This document shows positions 50,780 to 60,588 of a stretch of DNA of 64,000 nt, in pieces. This stretch comes from Candidatus Moraniibacteriota bacterium (GTDB lineage Bacteria; Patescibacteriota; Minisyncoccia; Moranbacterales; GCA-2747515). Where the stretch lies: assembly GCA_002747515.1 (NCBI GenBank), contig PDPP01000018.1, forward strand, positions 21,751-85,750. Reading direction: 5' to 3'. The notes beneath the pieces are model-generated. The model saw nothing but the letters and a program-made list of their open reading frames with translations, was not told the origin of the DNA and did no database searches. Both the position numbers and the translations under genes were made by a program. Numbering within the stretch: the stretch's first letter is position 1; every line of letters starts with the position of its first letter.

Positions 50780-51523
50780 TTAGTTTGGCGTAGAACCGAC
50801 AGTCATACGAAATGTTCCTGTCTCACCATCTACCATGTTTTCTCCACAATCTACTACAAGACCGAGTTGACGTGAATCTCCTGCTGGAATCAAAAATGGA
50901 CCAGTTTGATTTTGTGCGATACTAAGTGTACCATCTACAACCTCAAGCTGAATTGCACCATTTACACCAGCACCATGCATCCACTCTGTGAGTGATCCAT
51001 AATTTGCTGGATTTGGTAATTCTGAAACAGTACCTCCATTAATAGTTGAGGTAAAGAGCCAAATATCAGCATCTCCAACATTTGCTGATGCAGCATCATC
51101 AAAAGTATCTTCCACTGCAGGATTTCCATTAAGGTCATCTTCTACAGTTAATGTTACGTTCCAATCTTCTGTTACAGTTGTATTATTCAACCGAAGCACA
51201 TCAGTGTAATATGTACGGTCACCTGCAAAACAAGTAAATGAAATTTCCTCATGAGAGAGGTTTGTATCATTTGTACCTGGAGTTGCATCTCCTGAGTCGT
51301 TGTTTGTGATCGTGCCACCAACATTTACCGTAAGGTAAGTTGTAGCAGCATCATCAGCACCAGCAACTTTTTCAATTGGAGGAGTGTCGACCACCACATT
51401 CCACTGTGTGAAGTTCTGTACCAAAATGGCACCAAGAACTGGAGCACCTACAAAAAGTGTAAGCGCTAGAACTATATATAGTCCCTTCTTTTTTGCTACG
51501 CTTGTATATTTTTGTTTTTGCAT
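50780..51523 (-). CDS. Secreted/cell-surface protein (247 aa) with N-terminal signal-anchor, Asn/Thr/Asp/Gly-rich; function unknown
   Basis: KKKGLYIVLALTLFVGAPVLGAIL hydrophobic N-terminus, many N-x-T motifs. Followed by two tandem terminators, suggesting strong, insulated expression. Confidence 0.5.
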   Translation of the reverse strand: MQKQKYTSVAKKKGLYIVLALTLFVGAPVLGAILVQNFTQWNVVVDTPPIEKVAGADDAATTYLTVNVGGTITNNDSGDATPGTNDTNLSHEEISFTCFAGDRTYYTDVLRLNNTTVTEDWNVTLTVEDDLNGNPAVEDTFDDAASANVGDADIWLFTSTINGGTVSELPNPANYGSLTEWMHGAGVNGAIQLEVVDGTLSIAQNQTGPFLIPAGDSRQLGLVVDCGENMVDGETGTFRMTVGSTPN

Positions 51524-51864
51524 ACGCTTGTAAGCATATTTATTAATTACGTAAGAAAAAAAATAAAAAAACGGTATGAACTTTTAATCTTCGTTAAAAA
51601 CCCGCTCATACAAAAAAATTGTATGATTTGATTTTCTCCGAAGAAAAAGACACCCGCATTTCAATTTCTTCTTAAGTTCATTTTATAAAACTTTTTTAAA
51701 AGTGTCAACACTAAGTTATCCACAGGTTATACCGACTGTATAAATCCTCTGTCCATAGACAAAAACCGCATAAAATGCTAGGATTCTAAGTGAAATAACC
51801 ATTATTCATGCGCTTTTCTCTGAGAGGTGCCTCTTTATATTATAAGATTAACATATATAATATT

Positions 51865-52527
51865 ATGCATATTACATATCACGGACTTTCTTGTTTTAAA
51901 ATTGTAGCAAAAACTGCGGGACGTGGGAGTGACGATGTAACCATTATCACAGCACCTTATGACAAAAAGTGCGGTTTACGACCGCCACAAGGCAATGCGG
52001 ACGTTGTGCTTGTTCCACATGTTGACCCAATGTTCAATAATCCTGACGTTTTACGCGGTGAACCTCTCGTAATTAACCGTCCTGGCGAATTTGCAGTAAA
52101 AGGTATTAACATTATCGGTCGTGATGTGCCAGCTGATATGCGTGGTGGTAAAACACGTGGAAACACTGTTATATTTGCACTTGATATAGAAGATATGAAA
52201 ATTGCATATCTTGCTGGAATTGGTCAAGACCTCGCTCCAGATGTACTTGACGCCGTAATTGGTGCAGACATCCTCTTCCTTCCTATTGGAGACACTGATG
52301 GAATCGATGGAAAGACTGCAGAAATACTTGCACGCAAAATTGAAGCAAAAATTATTATACCAATGCAATACAAAACAAAAGGCTTAAAAATCAAATCAAT
52401 CAAAGATGAAAGCGACTTCTGCTCAGAAATTGGTAATTGCCCAAAATCAAAGATTGATAAGATCATGATTAAACCAACAGACCTCGAAAACAAAGTTATG
52501 GAAATTGTCCTACTCGATGTTGTCTAA
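51865..52527 (+). CDS. MBL-fold metal-dependent hydrolase (UPF0173/YtkL-like)
   Basis: MHITYHGLSCFKI... beta-lactamase-fold pattern with conserved His/Asp (VLVPHVDP, DTDGIDGKTAEIL). Start moved to the ATG at 51865. Confidence 0.6.
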   Translation: MHITYHGLSCFKIVAKTAGRGSDDVTIITAPYDKKCGLRPPQGNADVVLVPHVDPMFNNPDVLRGEPLVINRPGEFAVKGINIIGRDVPADMRGGKTRGNTVIFALDIEDMKIAYLAGIGQDLAPDVLDAVIGADILFLPIGDTDGIDGKTAEILARKIEAKIIIPMQYKTKGLKIKSIKDESDFCSEIGNCPKSKIDKIMIKPTDLENKVMEIVLLDVV

Positions 52528-52558
52528 AAAGTAAAATATAAATCATAAAAACAAAAAG

Positions 52559-52840
52559 ATGTTCAAAAAAATAGAAAAAACTGTACAAAATGTCCGTCAA
52601 CAACCTGAACATATTCGCATGCGATGGGTTTGGATATCTGTAATAATAGGAATGATTTTTGTTACATTTATCTGGATGATGTCTCTACGTATTAGTTTTT
52701 TCACGATTCAGGCCGACAAACAAACACAAGAAACTCTTAATGATTTTCAAAAACAATTCAGCGATGTAACTGAAACGCTCCCATCCGAAAATTCCGTGTC
52801 AATTGATGAATTGCTCAAAAACAGCGAAATCACACAATAA
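52559..52840 (+). CDS. Small membrane protein (93 aa), hypothetical
   Basis: Single TM (WVWISVIIGMIFVTFIWMM). Followed by an 11-bp perfect-stem hairpin (TGTGGTTAATC/GATTAACCACA) at 52846..52898. Confidence 0.45.
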   Translation: MFKKIEKTVQNVRQQPEHIRMRWVWISVIIGMIFVTFIWMMSLRISFFTIQADKQTQETLNDFQKQFSDVTETLPSENSVSIDELLKNSEITQ

Positions 52841-52990
52841 AATATGTGTGGTTAATCCATCTTCTTGTGTATACACGAGAAAATAGATTAACCACAGAAT
52901 ATAAAAACACAACAAAAACCTTTTTACATAAGCTTTTTGTCGTTTTTTTTGTGATTAGATAAAATTTTATATTAAATAAAGCAGAAATAT

Positions 52991-55450
52991 ATGCCAAAGA
53001 AGAATACAACAGGACTTTCAGCACATCAGAACATCTCTCCACAACCAATTGTCGAAGAGATGCAAAAATCATATCTCGAGTATGCAATGAGTGTCATCAT
53101 ATCACGTGCATTACCAGATGTGCGTGACGGTCTCAAACCAGTACATCGTCGCATCCTCTACTCTATGTGGAAAACTGGACTACGTCCAAATGCAAAATTT
53201 CGCAAAAGTGCTACAGTAGTCGGTGAGGTACTTGGAAAATATCATCCACATGGAGATACAGCAGTATATGACACGATGGTGCGTATGGCACAAGACTTTT
53301 CTCTTCGTTATCCACTCGTATGGGGTCAAGGAAACTTTGGTTCTATGGATGGAGATAGCCCTGCAGCGTACCGTTATACTGAGGCAAAACTCAAACCAAT
53401 TGCCGAAGAAATGCTTTTTGACATTGAAAAAAACACTGTTGATTTCCGTCCAAACTTTGATGGTATGCACCAAGAACCATCCGTGCTCCCAGCAAAACTT
53501 CCACAATTACTCCTAAACGGCACAATGGGTATTGCAGTTGGTATGGCAACCAATATTCCACCACATAACCTCAATGAACTCACAAGTGCAATCACATATC
53601 TTATTGATAAACCAAAAGCGGATATCGACGAACTCGTCGAACACGTAACCGGACCAGACTTCCCTACTGGTGGGATGATTTACAACAAAAATGACATTCG
53701 TGAAGCGTATGCAACAGGACGTGGAAAAATTGTGACACGTGCGAAAGCAGATATTATAGAAGGACGTGCAGGACAATTTTCTATTGTTGTCACAGAAATG
53801 ACATACCTTACAAACAAATCTACACTGATTGAAAAAATTGCAACACTTGTAAAAGATAAAAAACTCGCTGGCATCAAAGCTCTTCGTGATGAATCCAGTA
53901 AAGATGGTATACGCATTGTGATAGATCTCAAAAAAGAAGCATACCCACAAAAAGTACTAAATCGCCTCTATACTCTCACAGATCTTCAAAAAAACTTTAA
54001 TGTAAACATGCTCGCACTCGTCGACGGAATCGAGCCACGCATCCTTAACCTCAAAGAAATTTTGGAGCATTATATTGCTCACAGGCGTGAGGTCGTCATC
54101 CGACGCACACAATTTGATCTTGATAAAGCACGCGAACGTGCACATATTTTAGAAGGACTCAAAAAAGCACTTGATCACATCGACGAGGTTATCGAAACAA
54201 TCAAAAAATCACGCACACGTGAAACAGCACATGAAAATCTCCGAAAAAAGTTTACGTTTACAGATATGCAAGCAACAGCTATTTTGGAGATGCGTCTCCA
54301 AACACTTGCTGGCTTGGAACGCAAAAAAATTGAAGATGAGCTCAAAGAAAAGCTCCGCCTCATCAAAAAACTCGAAACAATTCTTAAAAGCGAAGCAAAA
54401 CAAAAACAAATTATCAAAGATGAGCTCACAGAATTAACAGAAAAATTTGGCGATACTCGCAAAACAAAAGTCTTTAAATCAGCGGTTGGCGAATTTAAAC
54501 AAGAAGATCTCGTGCCAAACGAAGAGGCGATCATCACAATGACGACAGATGGCTATATTAAACGTATGAATCCAAACGTCTACCGCGTACAAAAACGTGG
54601 TGGTAAAGGTGTGATTGGAGCAAATACAAAAGAAGATACCTCTGTACGCTCCATGCTCAGTGTGATGACACATGATAACCTTTTCTTTTTTACAAACTCG
54701 GGAAAAGTTTACCAAACAAAAGCATACGAAATCCCAGAATCCACACGCACAGCAAAAGGTAATGCCATTATGAACTTTTTACAGTTAGAACAAAATGAAG
54801 AAATTACAGAAATTATCCCTTTCAATAAAGATGATAATTTTAAATTTCTCTTTATGGCAACAAAAACAGGTGTTGTCAAAAAAGTAAAAATTAAAGACTT
54901 TGATAATGTCCGTCGTAGTGGACTCATCGCAATAAAACTTCACGCAAATGACAAACTTAAATGGGTAAAACCTACAACAGGCACAGACGAAATTATGCTT
55001 ATCACTGCACAAGGCCAAGCAATTCGCTTTAAAGAAATAAATGTGCGTGCGATGGGACGTGCTGCTGCTGGTGTACGAGGTATCAAACTCAAAAAAGAAG
55101 ATGTTGTTGTCGGTATGGATGTGATGTTTGCAAAACAACGTGGCGCGGAGCTCTTTATCCTCACAGAAAACGGCTATGGCAAAAAAACCAAAATGACACA
55201 GTACAAGGCACAACGACGTGGCGGATCCGGCATCAAAACCGCCAAAGTTACCGCAAAAACCGGCATGATCGTCGCAGCGTATATCGTGAGTGCCGATGAT
55301 ACAGATAGCGATGTCATCATCACAAGCGCAAACGGTCAAATCATTCGTACGCCACTCAAAAATATCTCAACACTCTCTCGCGCAACACAAGGTGTCCGCA
55401 TCATGAAACCAAAAACTGGCGACACTCTCAGTGCCGCGACAATTCTCTAG
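52991..55450 (+). CDS. gyrA: DNA gyrase subunit A
   Basis: 819 aa. Catalytic Tyr region ([10 protein letters not shown]), GyrA-box QKRGGKG in the C-terminal beta-pinwheel, so gyrase rather than ParC. Confidence 0.9.
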   Translation: MPKKNTTGLSAHQNISPQPIVEEMQKSYLEYAMSVIISRALPDVRDGLKPVHRRILYSMWKTGLRPNAKFRKSATVVGEVLGKYHPHGDTAVYDTMVRMAQDFSLRYPLVWGQGNFGSMDGDSPAAYRYTEAKLKPIAEEMLFDIEKNTVDFRPNFDGMHQEPSVLPAKLPQLLLNGTMGIAVGMATNIPPHNLNELTSAITYLIDKPKADIDELVEHVTGPDFPTGGMIYNKNDIREAYATGRGKIVTRAKADIIEGRAGQFSIVVTEMTYLTNKSTLIEKIATLVKDKKLAGIKALRDESSKDGIRIVIDLKKEAYPQKVLNRLYTLTDLQKNFNVNMLALVDGIEPRILNLKEILEHYIAHRREVVIRRTQFDLDKARERAHILEGLKKALDHIDEVIETIKKSRTRETAHENLRKKFTFTDMQATAILEMRLQTLAGLERKKIEDELKEKLRLIKKLETILKSEAKQKQIIKDELTELTEKFGDTRKTKVFKSAVGEFKQEDLVPNEEAIITMTTDGYIKRMNPNVYRVQKRGGKGVIGANTKEDTSVRSMLSVMTHDNLFFFTNSGKVYQTKAYEIPESTRTAKGNAIMNFLQLEQNEEITEIIPFNKDDNFKFLFMATKTGVVKKVKIKDFDNVRRSGLIAIKLHANDKLKWVKPTTGTDEIMLITAQGQAIRFKEINVRAMGRAAAGVRGIKLKKEDVVVGMDVMFAKQRGAELFILTENGYGKKTKMTQYKAQRRGGSGIKTAKVTAKTGMIVAAYIVSADDTDSDVIITSANGQIIRTPLKNISTLSRATQGVRIMKPKTGDTLSAATIL

Positions 55451-55475
55451 TAAAAAATTGCACAAAAACCTGTAG

Positions 55476-55498
55476 AGACGCAATTTATCGCGTCTTTT
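55476..55498 (+). terminator. Intrinsic terminator of gyrA (AGACGC/GCGTCT stem plus TTTT)
   Basis: Hairpin 25 nt after gyrA stop followed by T-run. Confidence 0.5.
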
Positions 55499-55611
55499 GA
55501 TGAATGGAGATAGAAAGTGGAAGATGGAATATGGCAGATAGGGAACGGCGTATAACTTGGATGAAATGAGAGAGGTATTATTACCTACTACTCTCTACTG
55601 ACTACACACTA

Positions 55612-55653
55612 AAAACAAAAATACTGTGCGCATGCACAGTATTTTTGTTTTTT
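55612..55653. terminator. Bidirectional intrinsic terminator (ATACTGTGC-GCAT-GCACAGTAT, A-run/T-run flanks)
   Basis: Perfect 9-bp stem, 4-nt loop, poly-A upstream and poly-T downstream. 28 nt beyond the 3' end of minus gene 55681..55932. Confidence 0.6.
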
Positions 55654-55680
55654 AAAACCTATAATTTTTTATTATATGAA

Positions 55681-55932
55681 TTATAGGAGCCCCATCAAAT
55701 TGAATAGCGTCATAGTCATTGCCGGTACAAGTGCGAGTAAAACAGCAAATTCCGTATCATTTGAACGCTTATGTAGTCGGAAGCTTTTAACTTCTTCTGT
55801 AGCTGAACCCTCTTCCACTGGAGTTTCAACTGACTCTACTACTTCTTCTTCTGGAGTTGGTGCATCTGCTACTGCATCTGCATCTCCGCCACATGAACAT
55901 CCACATGTAGCACATTTTTTAATCTTCGCCAT
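55681..55932 (-). CDS. Small Cys-cluster protein (83 aa): N-terminal CATCGCSCGG, acidic linker, C-terminal hydrophobic helix
   Basis: ORF with its own downstream terminator. GC-richer codons. The opposite-strand ORF 55676..55966 is low-complexity and rejected. No clear SD, so uncertain. Confidence 0.35.
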   Translation of the reverse strand: MAKIKKCATCGCSCGGDADAVADAPTPEEEVVESVETPVEEGSATEEVKSFRLHKRSNDTEFAVLLALVPAMTMTLFNLMGLL

Positions 55933-56427
55933 ATATTTGTTTTATATGAATTACGTATTACAGTGAGAATTATTCGTAACATGTATGTGTTATAAAAATG
56001 CGTATTGCGTAAATCGTATATGACATACGATACACGAGAAGCACAATTTTTGAACACAACACCAGTGTTACGCAACCATTCTCGGTGCAATGAAACATTG
56101 CATGTCACCCCCTTATAACCGTTTTTCATATAAAAAAGAAAAACCGAGTGACATTGATATGATGACGTCACCCGATTTAATTCATCATGTATCCATTATA
56201 GCAGATGAAAACACTTTTGTCAATTTTTTTACGCACTTTTTATATAAAATCTTGCACTCAAATACACATATCACATAGAAAAATGCCTTTGAAAAAAATA
56301 GAAAAGTATACTTATTTAAAAATACACTGCTATCACACACAATATCATAAATTTATATTAAATGTATTTTTAGATAAATAAAACATCCTTATTGAATATT
56401 TTGTATTTCCCTGTAGTATAAAGGTAT

Positions 56428-57594
56428 ATGAATAGAAATATTTTTCAAAAAAAACGATTGTATGTGATTGCCACCGTTCTTGTTGTTATAAGTGGCATAG
56501 GGTTTTTTGCACCGCGATTTGTTGCTAAAAATGAAAAAATTCCGACATTTGCCATTCCACCACAAATCACACTGAGCAAAAAAGAAGTTGTGAAAAAACC
56601 TAAAATTGTATGGCCTGTCCCTGATATAGTAAAAATGAAATCTCATGGCTGTGTCGCTGATGGGCTACTTAGTGGCTACAATCGCACAAGTAAAGATGTA
56701 AAAGTTGCACGTGAAAGTAATTGTTATTTTTTCTCTCGCGCGATTGAGACATGGCGTGATGCTCCAGATTTCAAAAAAGCACAAGAAATTATGGACAAAA
56801 TTGGACGTAATGATGTGATTTACAGCATGTTTATTGCAGAAGCAATTAATAAAAAAGAGAATTACATCTATTATGATGGTAATCGACGATTTGATTTTTC
56901 GAAAATGTGTAAAAAAAACAGTAAAAATTTTTGGGGTGAACACACTTGTAAACCATCTTTTGCAAAAGAAGAATATCGTGCGTATCTTAAACAAATTACA
57001 CGCGAGGCAATGGACCTTGGTATACGTTCATTTCTCTTTGGACAAATTTATCATCAAGAAGAAGATCTCGATGAACCATATGCACCAATTATCGTTGAAG
57101 AAATGCGCGCTTACGCAAAAGAAAAAGGTATCCATATTGTGATTGGTGCACAAACCAATGACATCAATAATGAAAAATATCTTCAACTTTTTGATTTTAT
57201 CGAAGGTGGCGTTGGTCTCCATGTAGATGGCACAGTCGAAGATGGACCATGTTTTTCACGGTGGCATGATGGTGAAAGTGGTTGGTGCTGGGCACTAATG
57301 TGGCACGAGAAATTCAAAACAAAAGCAAAAAATGTATTTGTACATTTTGACTGGAGCGGTATAAAAGGTGATGATATGAGCACATTTGCACGCATGAGTA
57401 CAGAACTCCGTCACCAAACACTCAAAAATCTCCATACAAAATTTGTAGCAGAAGATGTTGGATTTCTCATGCCAATTATTTCTCCTCTCCCAAAAGATAA
57501 TGGCGGTTGCCATGGACCAAAAAAGAAATTTTACTCACCACATATGAAATATGGTTGTCCTGATTTAGATACTATAAACCACATTTTAAAATAA
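56428..57594 (+). CDS. Membrane-anchored/secreted hypothetical protein (388 aa), Cys/Trp-rich; possible glycoside-hydrolase-like TIM barrel
   Basis: N-terminal TM (LYVIATVLVVISGIGFFA). No family assignable from sequence alone. Confidence 0.45.
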   Translation: MNRNIFQKKRLYVIATVLVVISGIGFFAPRFVAKNEKIPTFAIPPQITLSKKEVVKKPKIVWPVPDIVKMKSHGCVADGLLSGYNRTSKDVKVARESNCYFFSRAIETWRDAPDFKKAQEIMDKIGRNDVIYSMFIAEAINKKENYIYYDGNRRFDFSKMCKKNSKNFWGEHTCKPSFAKEEYRAYLKQITREAMDLGIRSFLFGQIYHQEEDLDEPYAPIIVEEMRAYAKEKGIHIVIGAQTNDINNEKYLQLFDFIEGGVGLHVDGTVEDGPCFSRWHDGESGWCWALMWHEKFKTKAKNVFVHFDWSGIKGDDMSTFARMSTELRHQTLKNLHTKFVAEDVGFLMPIISPLPKDNGGCHGPKKKFYSPHMKYGCPDLDTINHILK

Positions 57595-57633
57595 AAAACT
57601 TTTTTCTGCATTCTATCTGCTATATTCCATATT

Positions 57634-58860
57634 CTAATAAATATATCCACGAATCACGCGTGCATTTTGACTAAGTGTTCGTGTGTTTACGACGCCCCAT
57701 CCTTTGTAGTTCATTTCTGAGACAGTGATAGTATCTTTACCCACTGATTCGACATATGCGACATGTCCATAGCGCGCATCTTCTGTTGTGACCACAATTG
57801 ATCCAGCTTTTGGTTTCTTACCTGTCTTATACCCTTGCGATTTTGCATTATAAAGCCATGCACCAGCATTTCCTCGCCATGTTACCTTACGCTTATTTGC
57901 AACATAATATGTACAATATCCATATGGAAAATGATTACCTGAAACACGTTTTTTCGCAGTGTTTTTTACTACGGAACTACCAAGATTTGTGCTTCCACTT
58001 CCTGTCGCCACATAATCACGTGGCGCAAGAATTGGATCTGGTTCTGGTTCTGGAATAGCCTTCTGCGCACCTGGTACAATGATTTCTTCACCCTTTTTCA
58101 ATTCACCATTTGCTAATAAATTGTTGTATGCAATAATTTCCTTTTTATTTACTTTATATTCTTTTGCAATATCATCAATCGTCTCTCCAGATTTTACCTT
58201 ATGTTTCAATCCAGAAGTCGGAAGAATAAAAATAGTATCTCCCGGCTTAATATCATCCACATCATCAATTTCATTTGCCCAATAAAGCGTACTCATCGTA
58301 ATACCATGCGCTTGTGCAATTGTACTAAATGTATCTCCTGGACGCACTGTATATAACACAACATCACCTTCATTTTGAGGATCACTTGCTCCCTCTCTAC
58401 GTGGTGGTATGATTGATGTCTCACTAAGCAAAGCTTCACTATCATCAAAAAGCACAAGCATGTCCGATTGCTTACTTGCTGTCTCAATTTTCTCAGAAGT
58501 CGCAACCTCCATTATTTGTGTATCACTTACAATCCCACTATCCAACACAATTCCACCCTCTTCAACTTCATTTTTCTCTACTAATTTTTTTGACTGGCTT
58601 TCCTGCTGACTCCAATGTCCCACTAAAAATGATTCATCATTATTATTCTTTGCTGAAATATTTCCAAAAACAATTAGTGTTGCGATTATTACAAGCATAA
58701 ACAGACTTCCATTCTGCCGAAAAAATCGCCCCAAACCAAAAAACGATCGTCTACGAAACAACGTTACTATGTAGTTTTCCCATTTATAGAAAAATTTTCG
58801 AATCTCTCTGAAAAAGATTTTCAATTTTTCTTGTATTTTTTTCTGGCGTTTTATACGCAA
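57634..58860 (-). CDS. Peptidoglycan hydrolase: N-terminal TM, two LysM domains, C-terminal CHAP (Cys/His amidohydrolase/peptidase) domain
   Basis: LysM repeats (YTVRPGDTFSTIAQAHGIT...; HKVKSGETIDDIAKEYKVN...). CHAP motif GYCTYYVA...GHVAYVESV. Confidence 0.75.
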   Translation of the reverse strand: MRIKRQKKIQEKLKIFFREIRKFFYKWENYIVTLFRRRSFFGLGRFFRQNGSLFMLVIIATLIVFGNISAKNNNDESFLVGHWSQQESQSKKLVEKNEVEEGGIVLDSGIVSDTQIMEVATSEKIETASKQSDMLVLFDDSEALLSETSIIPPRREGASDPQNEGDVVLYTVRPGDTFSTIAQAHGITMSTLYWANEIDDVDDIKPGDTIFILPTSGLKHKVKSGETIDDIAKEYKVNKKEIIAYNNLLANGELKKGEEIIVPGAQKAIPEPEPDPILAPRDYVATGSGSTNLGSSVVKNTAKKRVSGNHFPYGYCTYYVANKRKVTWRGNAGAWLYNAKSQGYKTGKKPKAGSIVVTTEDARYGHVAYVESVGKDTITVSEMNYKGWGVVNTRTLSQNARVIRGYIY

Positions 58861-59064
58861 AGGTCCTTTATATACAACTTTTCATGTAAGATCAATGAAT
58901 TTTCATACACGATCATCGACGAAAGTCTTATTTTTTAGACTTATTACATTATAGAGATTTTTATCTTTTTGTCAAAGACAAAATCTCAATAATATATATA
59001 TTATACCACTATAATTTACATGATATAATACAAAGATAATAAATACGCAATTTACTATATTTCT

Positions 59065-60000
59065 ATGAAAAACGACCTTTACGATCTTTTAATTGATTAT
59101 CTCGAACATCTCGAAGTAGAACTTAATCGAAGTCAAAAAACTATAGAAAATTATGAACATTATCTTTCACGATTTATCGAATTTTGTGATGAAAACTACA
59201 ATTTAACCAATCCAAAAAAAATCACTCTTGATATTGTACGTAAGTACCGTATTCACCTCAATCGCCTTGAAACAAATGAAGGGAGATACTTTAAAGCTTC
59301 TACACAAAACTATCATGTGATTGCTCTAAGAAATTTCCTCAAATATTTGGCAAAACGCGACATCTCCACACTCGCTGCAGAAAAAATCGATGTGGGGAAA
59401 AATCCAGAACGCGAAGTAGACTTTCTCGAACCAGAAGAAATAAATCGACTACTACAATCTGCAAATGGACATGATCTTGGCTCTCTACGTGATCGTGCTC
59501 TCCTTGAACTTCTTTTTTCTGCTGGACTTCGCGTCTCAGAAATTGTTTCAATTAACCGTGAAGATATCAATCTCAAAAGACAAGAATTCAGCGTTCGCGG
59601 AAAAGGCAATAAGATTCGTGTCGTGTTCATCTCAGATACCGCAAAAAAAACTCTACACAATTACCTTAAAAAGAGAATAGACATAGACCCAGCTCTCTTC
59701 ATCCGCGTACGTACTGGCTCACATAAAGAAGCTGACGTAGAAGGATTGCGACTCACAACAAGAAGCGTGCAACGCATTGTAAAAAAATATGCAACAAAAG
59801 CTGGTATTGTTAAAGATGTACATCCACACACACTACGTCATTCATTTGCTACAGATCTTTTACAAAATGGTGCAGATATTCGCTCCGTACAAGCCATGCT
59901 CGGACATGCAAATATCACCACAACACAAATCTACACACACATTACAAATCAAAACTTAAAAGGTATTCACAATAAATTTCATGGAAAAAGAAAAAAATGA
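59065..60000 (+). CDS. xerD: Tyrosine site-specific recombinase XerC/XerD family
   Basis: Catalytic RxxR...HTLRHSFAT...LGHANITTTQIYTH (R-H-R-Y tetrad) and N-terminal SAM-like core-binding domain. Confidence 0.8.
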   Translation: MKNDLYDLLIDYLEHLEVELNRSQKTIENYEHYLSRFIEFCDENYNLTNPKKITLDIVRKYRIHLNRLETNEGRYFKASTQNYHVIALRNFLKYLAKRDISTLAAEKIDVGKNPEREVDFLEPEEINRLLQSANGHDLGSLRDRALLELLFSAGLRVSEIVSINREDINLKRQEFSVRGKGNKIRVVFISDTAKKTLHNYLKKRIDIDPALFIRVRTGSHKEADVEGLRLTTRSVQRIVKKYATKAGIVKDVHPHTLRHSFATDLLQNGADIRSVQAMLGHANITTTQIYTHITNQNLKGIHNKFHGKRKK

Positions 60001-60133
60001 TGAAAGCATTATAGCATCGCTTCACAAAAAACTAATAAAAACATAAGAAAGAAGGATATACCTCTTTTTAAAAAGAATATCATGTGCAATATCACAAAAT
60101 AAAACAGCTATATAAAGCTGTTTTATTGGTTAA

Positions 60134-60547
60134 TTATAGATTTTTTTTAGCAATAAATGTGGCGTATTTTTTATCTTCTTCTTGAATATGATCTCTGAGC
60201 CAATTGCCCATAAAATTCTCCATCTCCATGACCATTTTTGTCTTATCATCGGATGCATCAAGACGCTCCTTGAATTCTTTATATCTTTTCACAAACTCTG
60301 CATGTTGTGCTGCATGCTCTGCCGTTTCTGGATACCCAATATCTGCCAAAAAATTCTCTTCATATCGCAAATGCCCTTCTACATACTGTTTAAAAAAATG
60401 AACCATATCTTCCACCACATCTTCTGCATTATCATTAATTATAACATCTAACAACTCATTGATTTTTTTAAAAAGTTCTTTATGTTGTGTATCAATTACA
60501 TTATTGTGTACTGACATATCTTCTGTCCATGTAAATTTAATATCCAT
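60134..60547 (-). CDS. Hemerythrin-like (bacteriohemerythrin) metal-binding protein
   Basis: 137 aa. H-HxxxE-H-HxxxD spacing (IDTQHKELF...HFFKQYVEGHLRYEE...HAAQHAEF...WLRDHIQEED). Confidence 0.7.
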   Translation of the reverse strand: MDIKFTWTEDMSVHNNVIDTQHKELFKKINELLDVIINDNAEDVVEDMVHFFKQYVEGHLRYEENFLADIGYPETAEHAAQHAEFVKRYKEFKERLDASDDKTKMVMEMENFMGNWLRDHIQEEDKKYATFIAKKNL

Positions 60548-60588
60548 ATATTATTATAAAAAAATTATGTTCACATTATATCACAGCA

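Noticed and set aside
55676-55966. 96-aa plus-strand ORF
   Set aside because: Low-complexity Ser/Thr/Ala string antisense to the Cys-cluster ORF. It has no terminator on its side, whereas the minus-strand ORF is followed by a strong hairpin.
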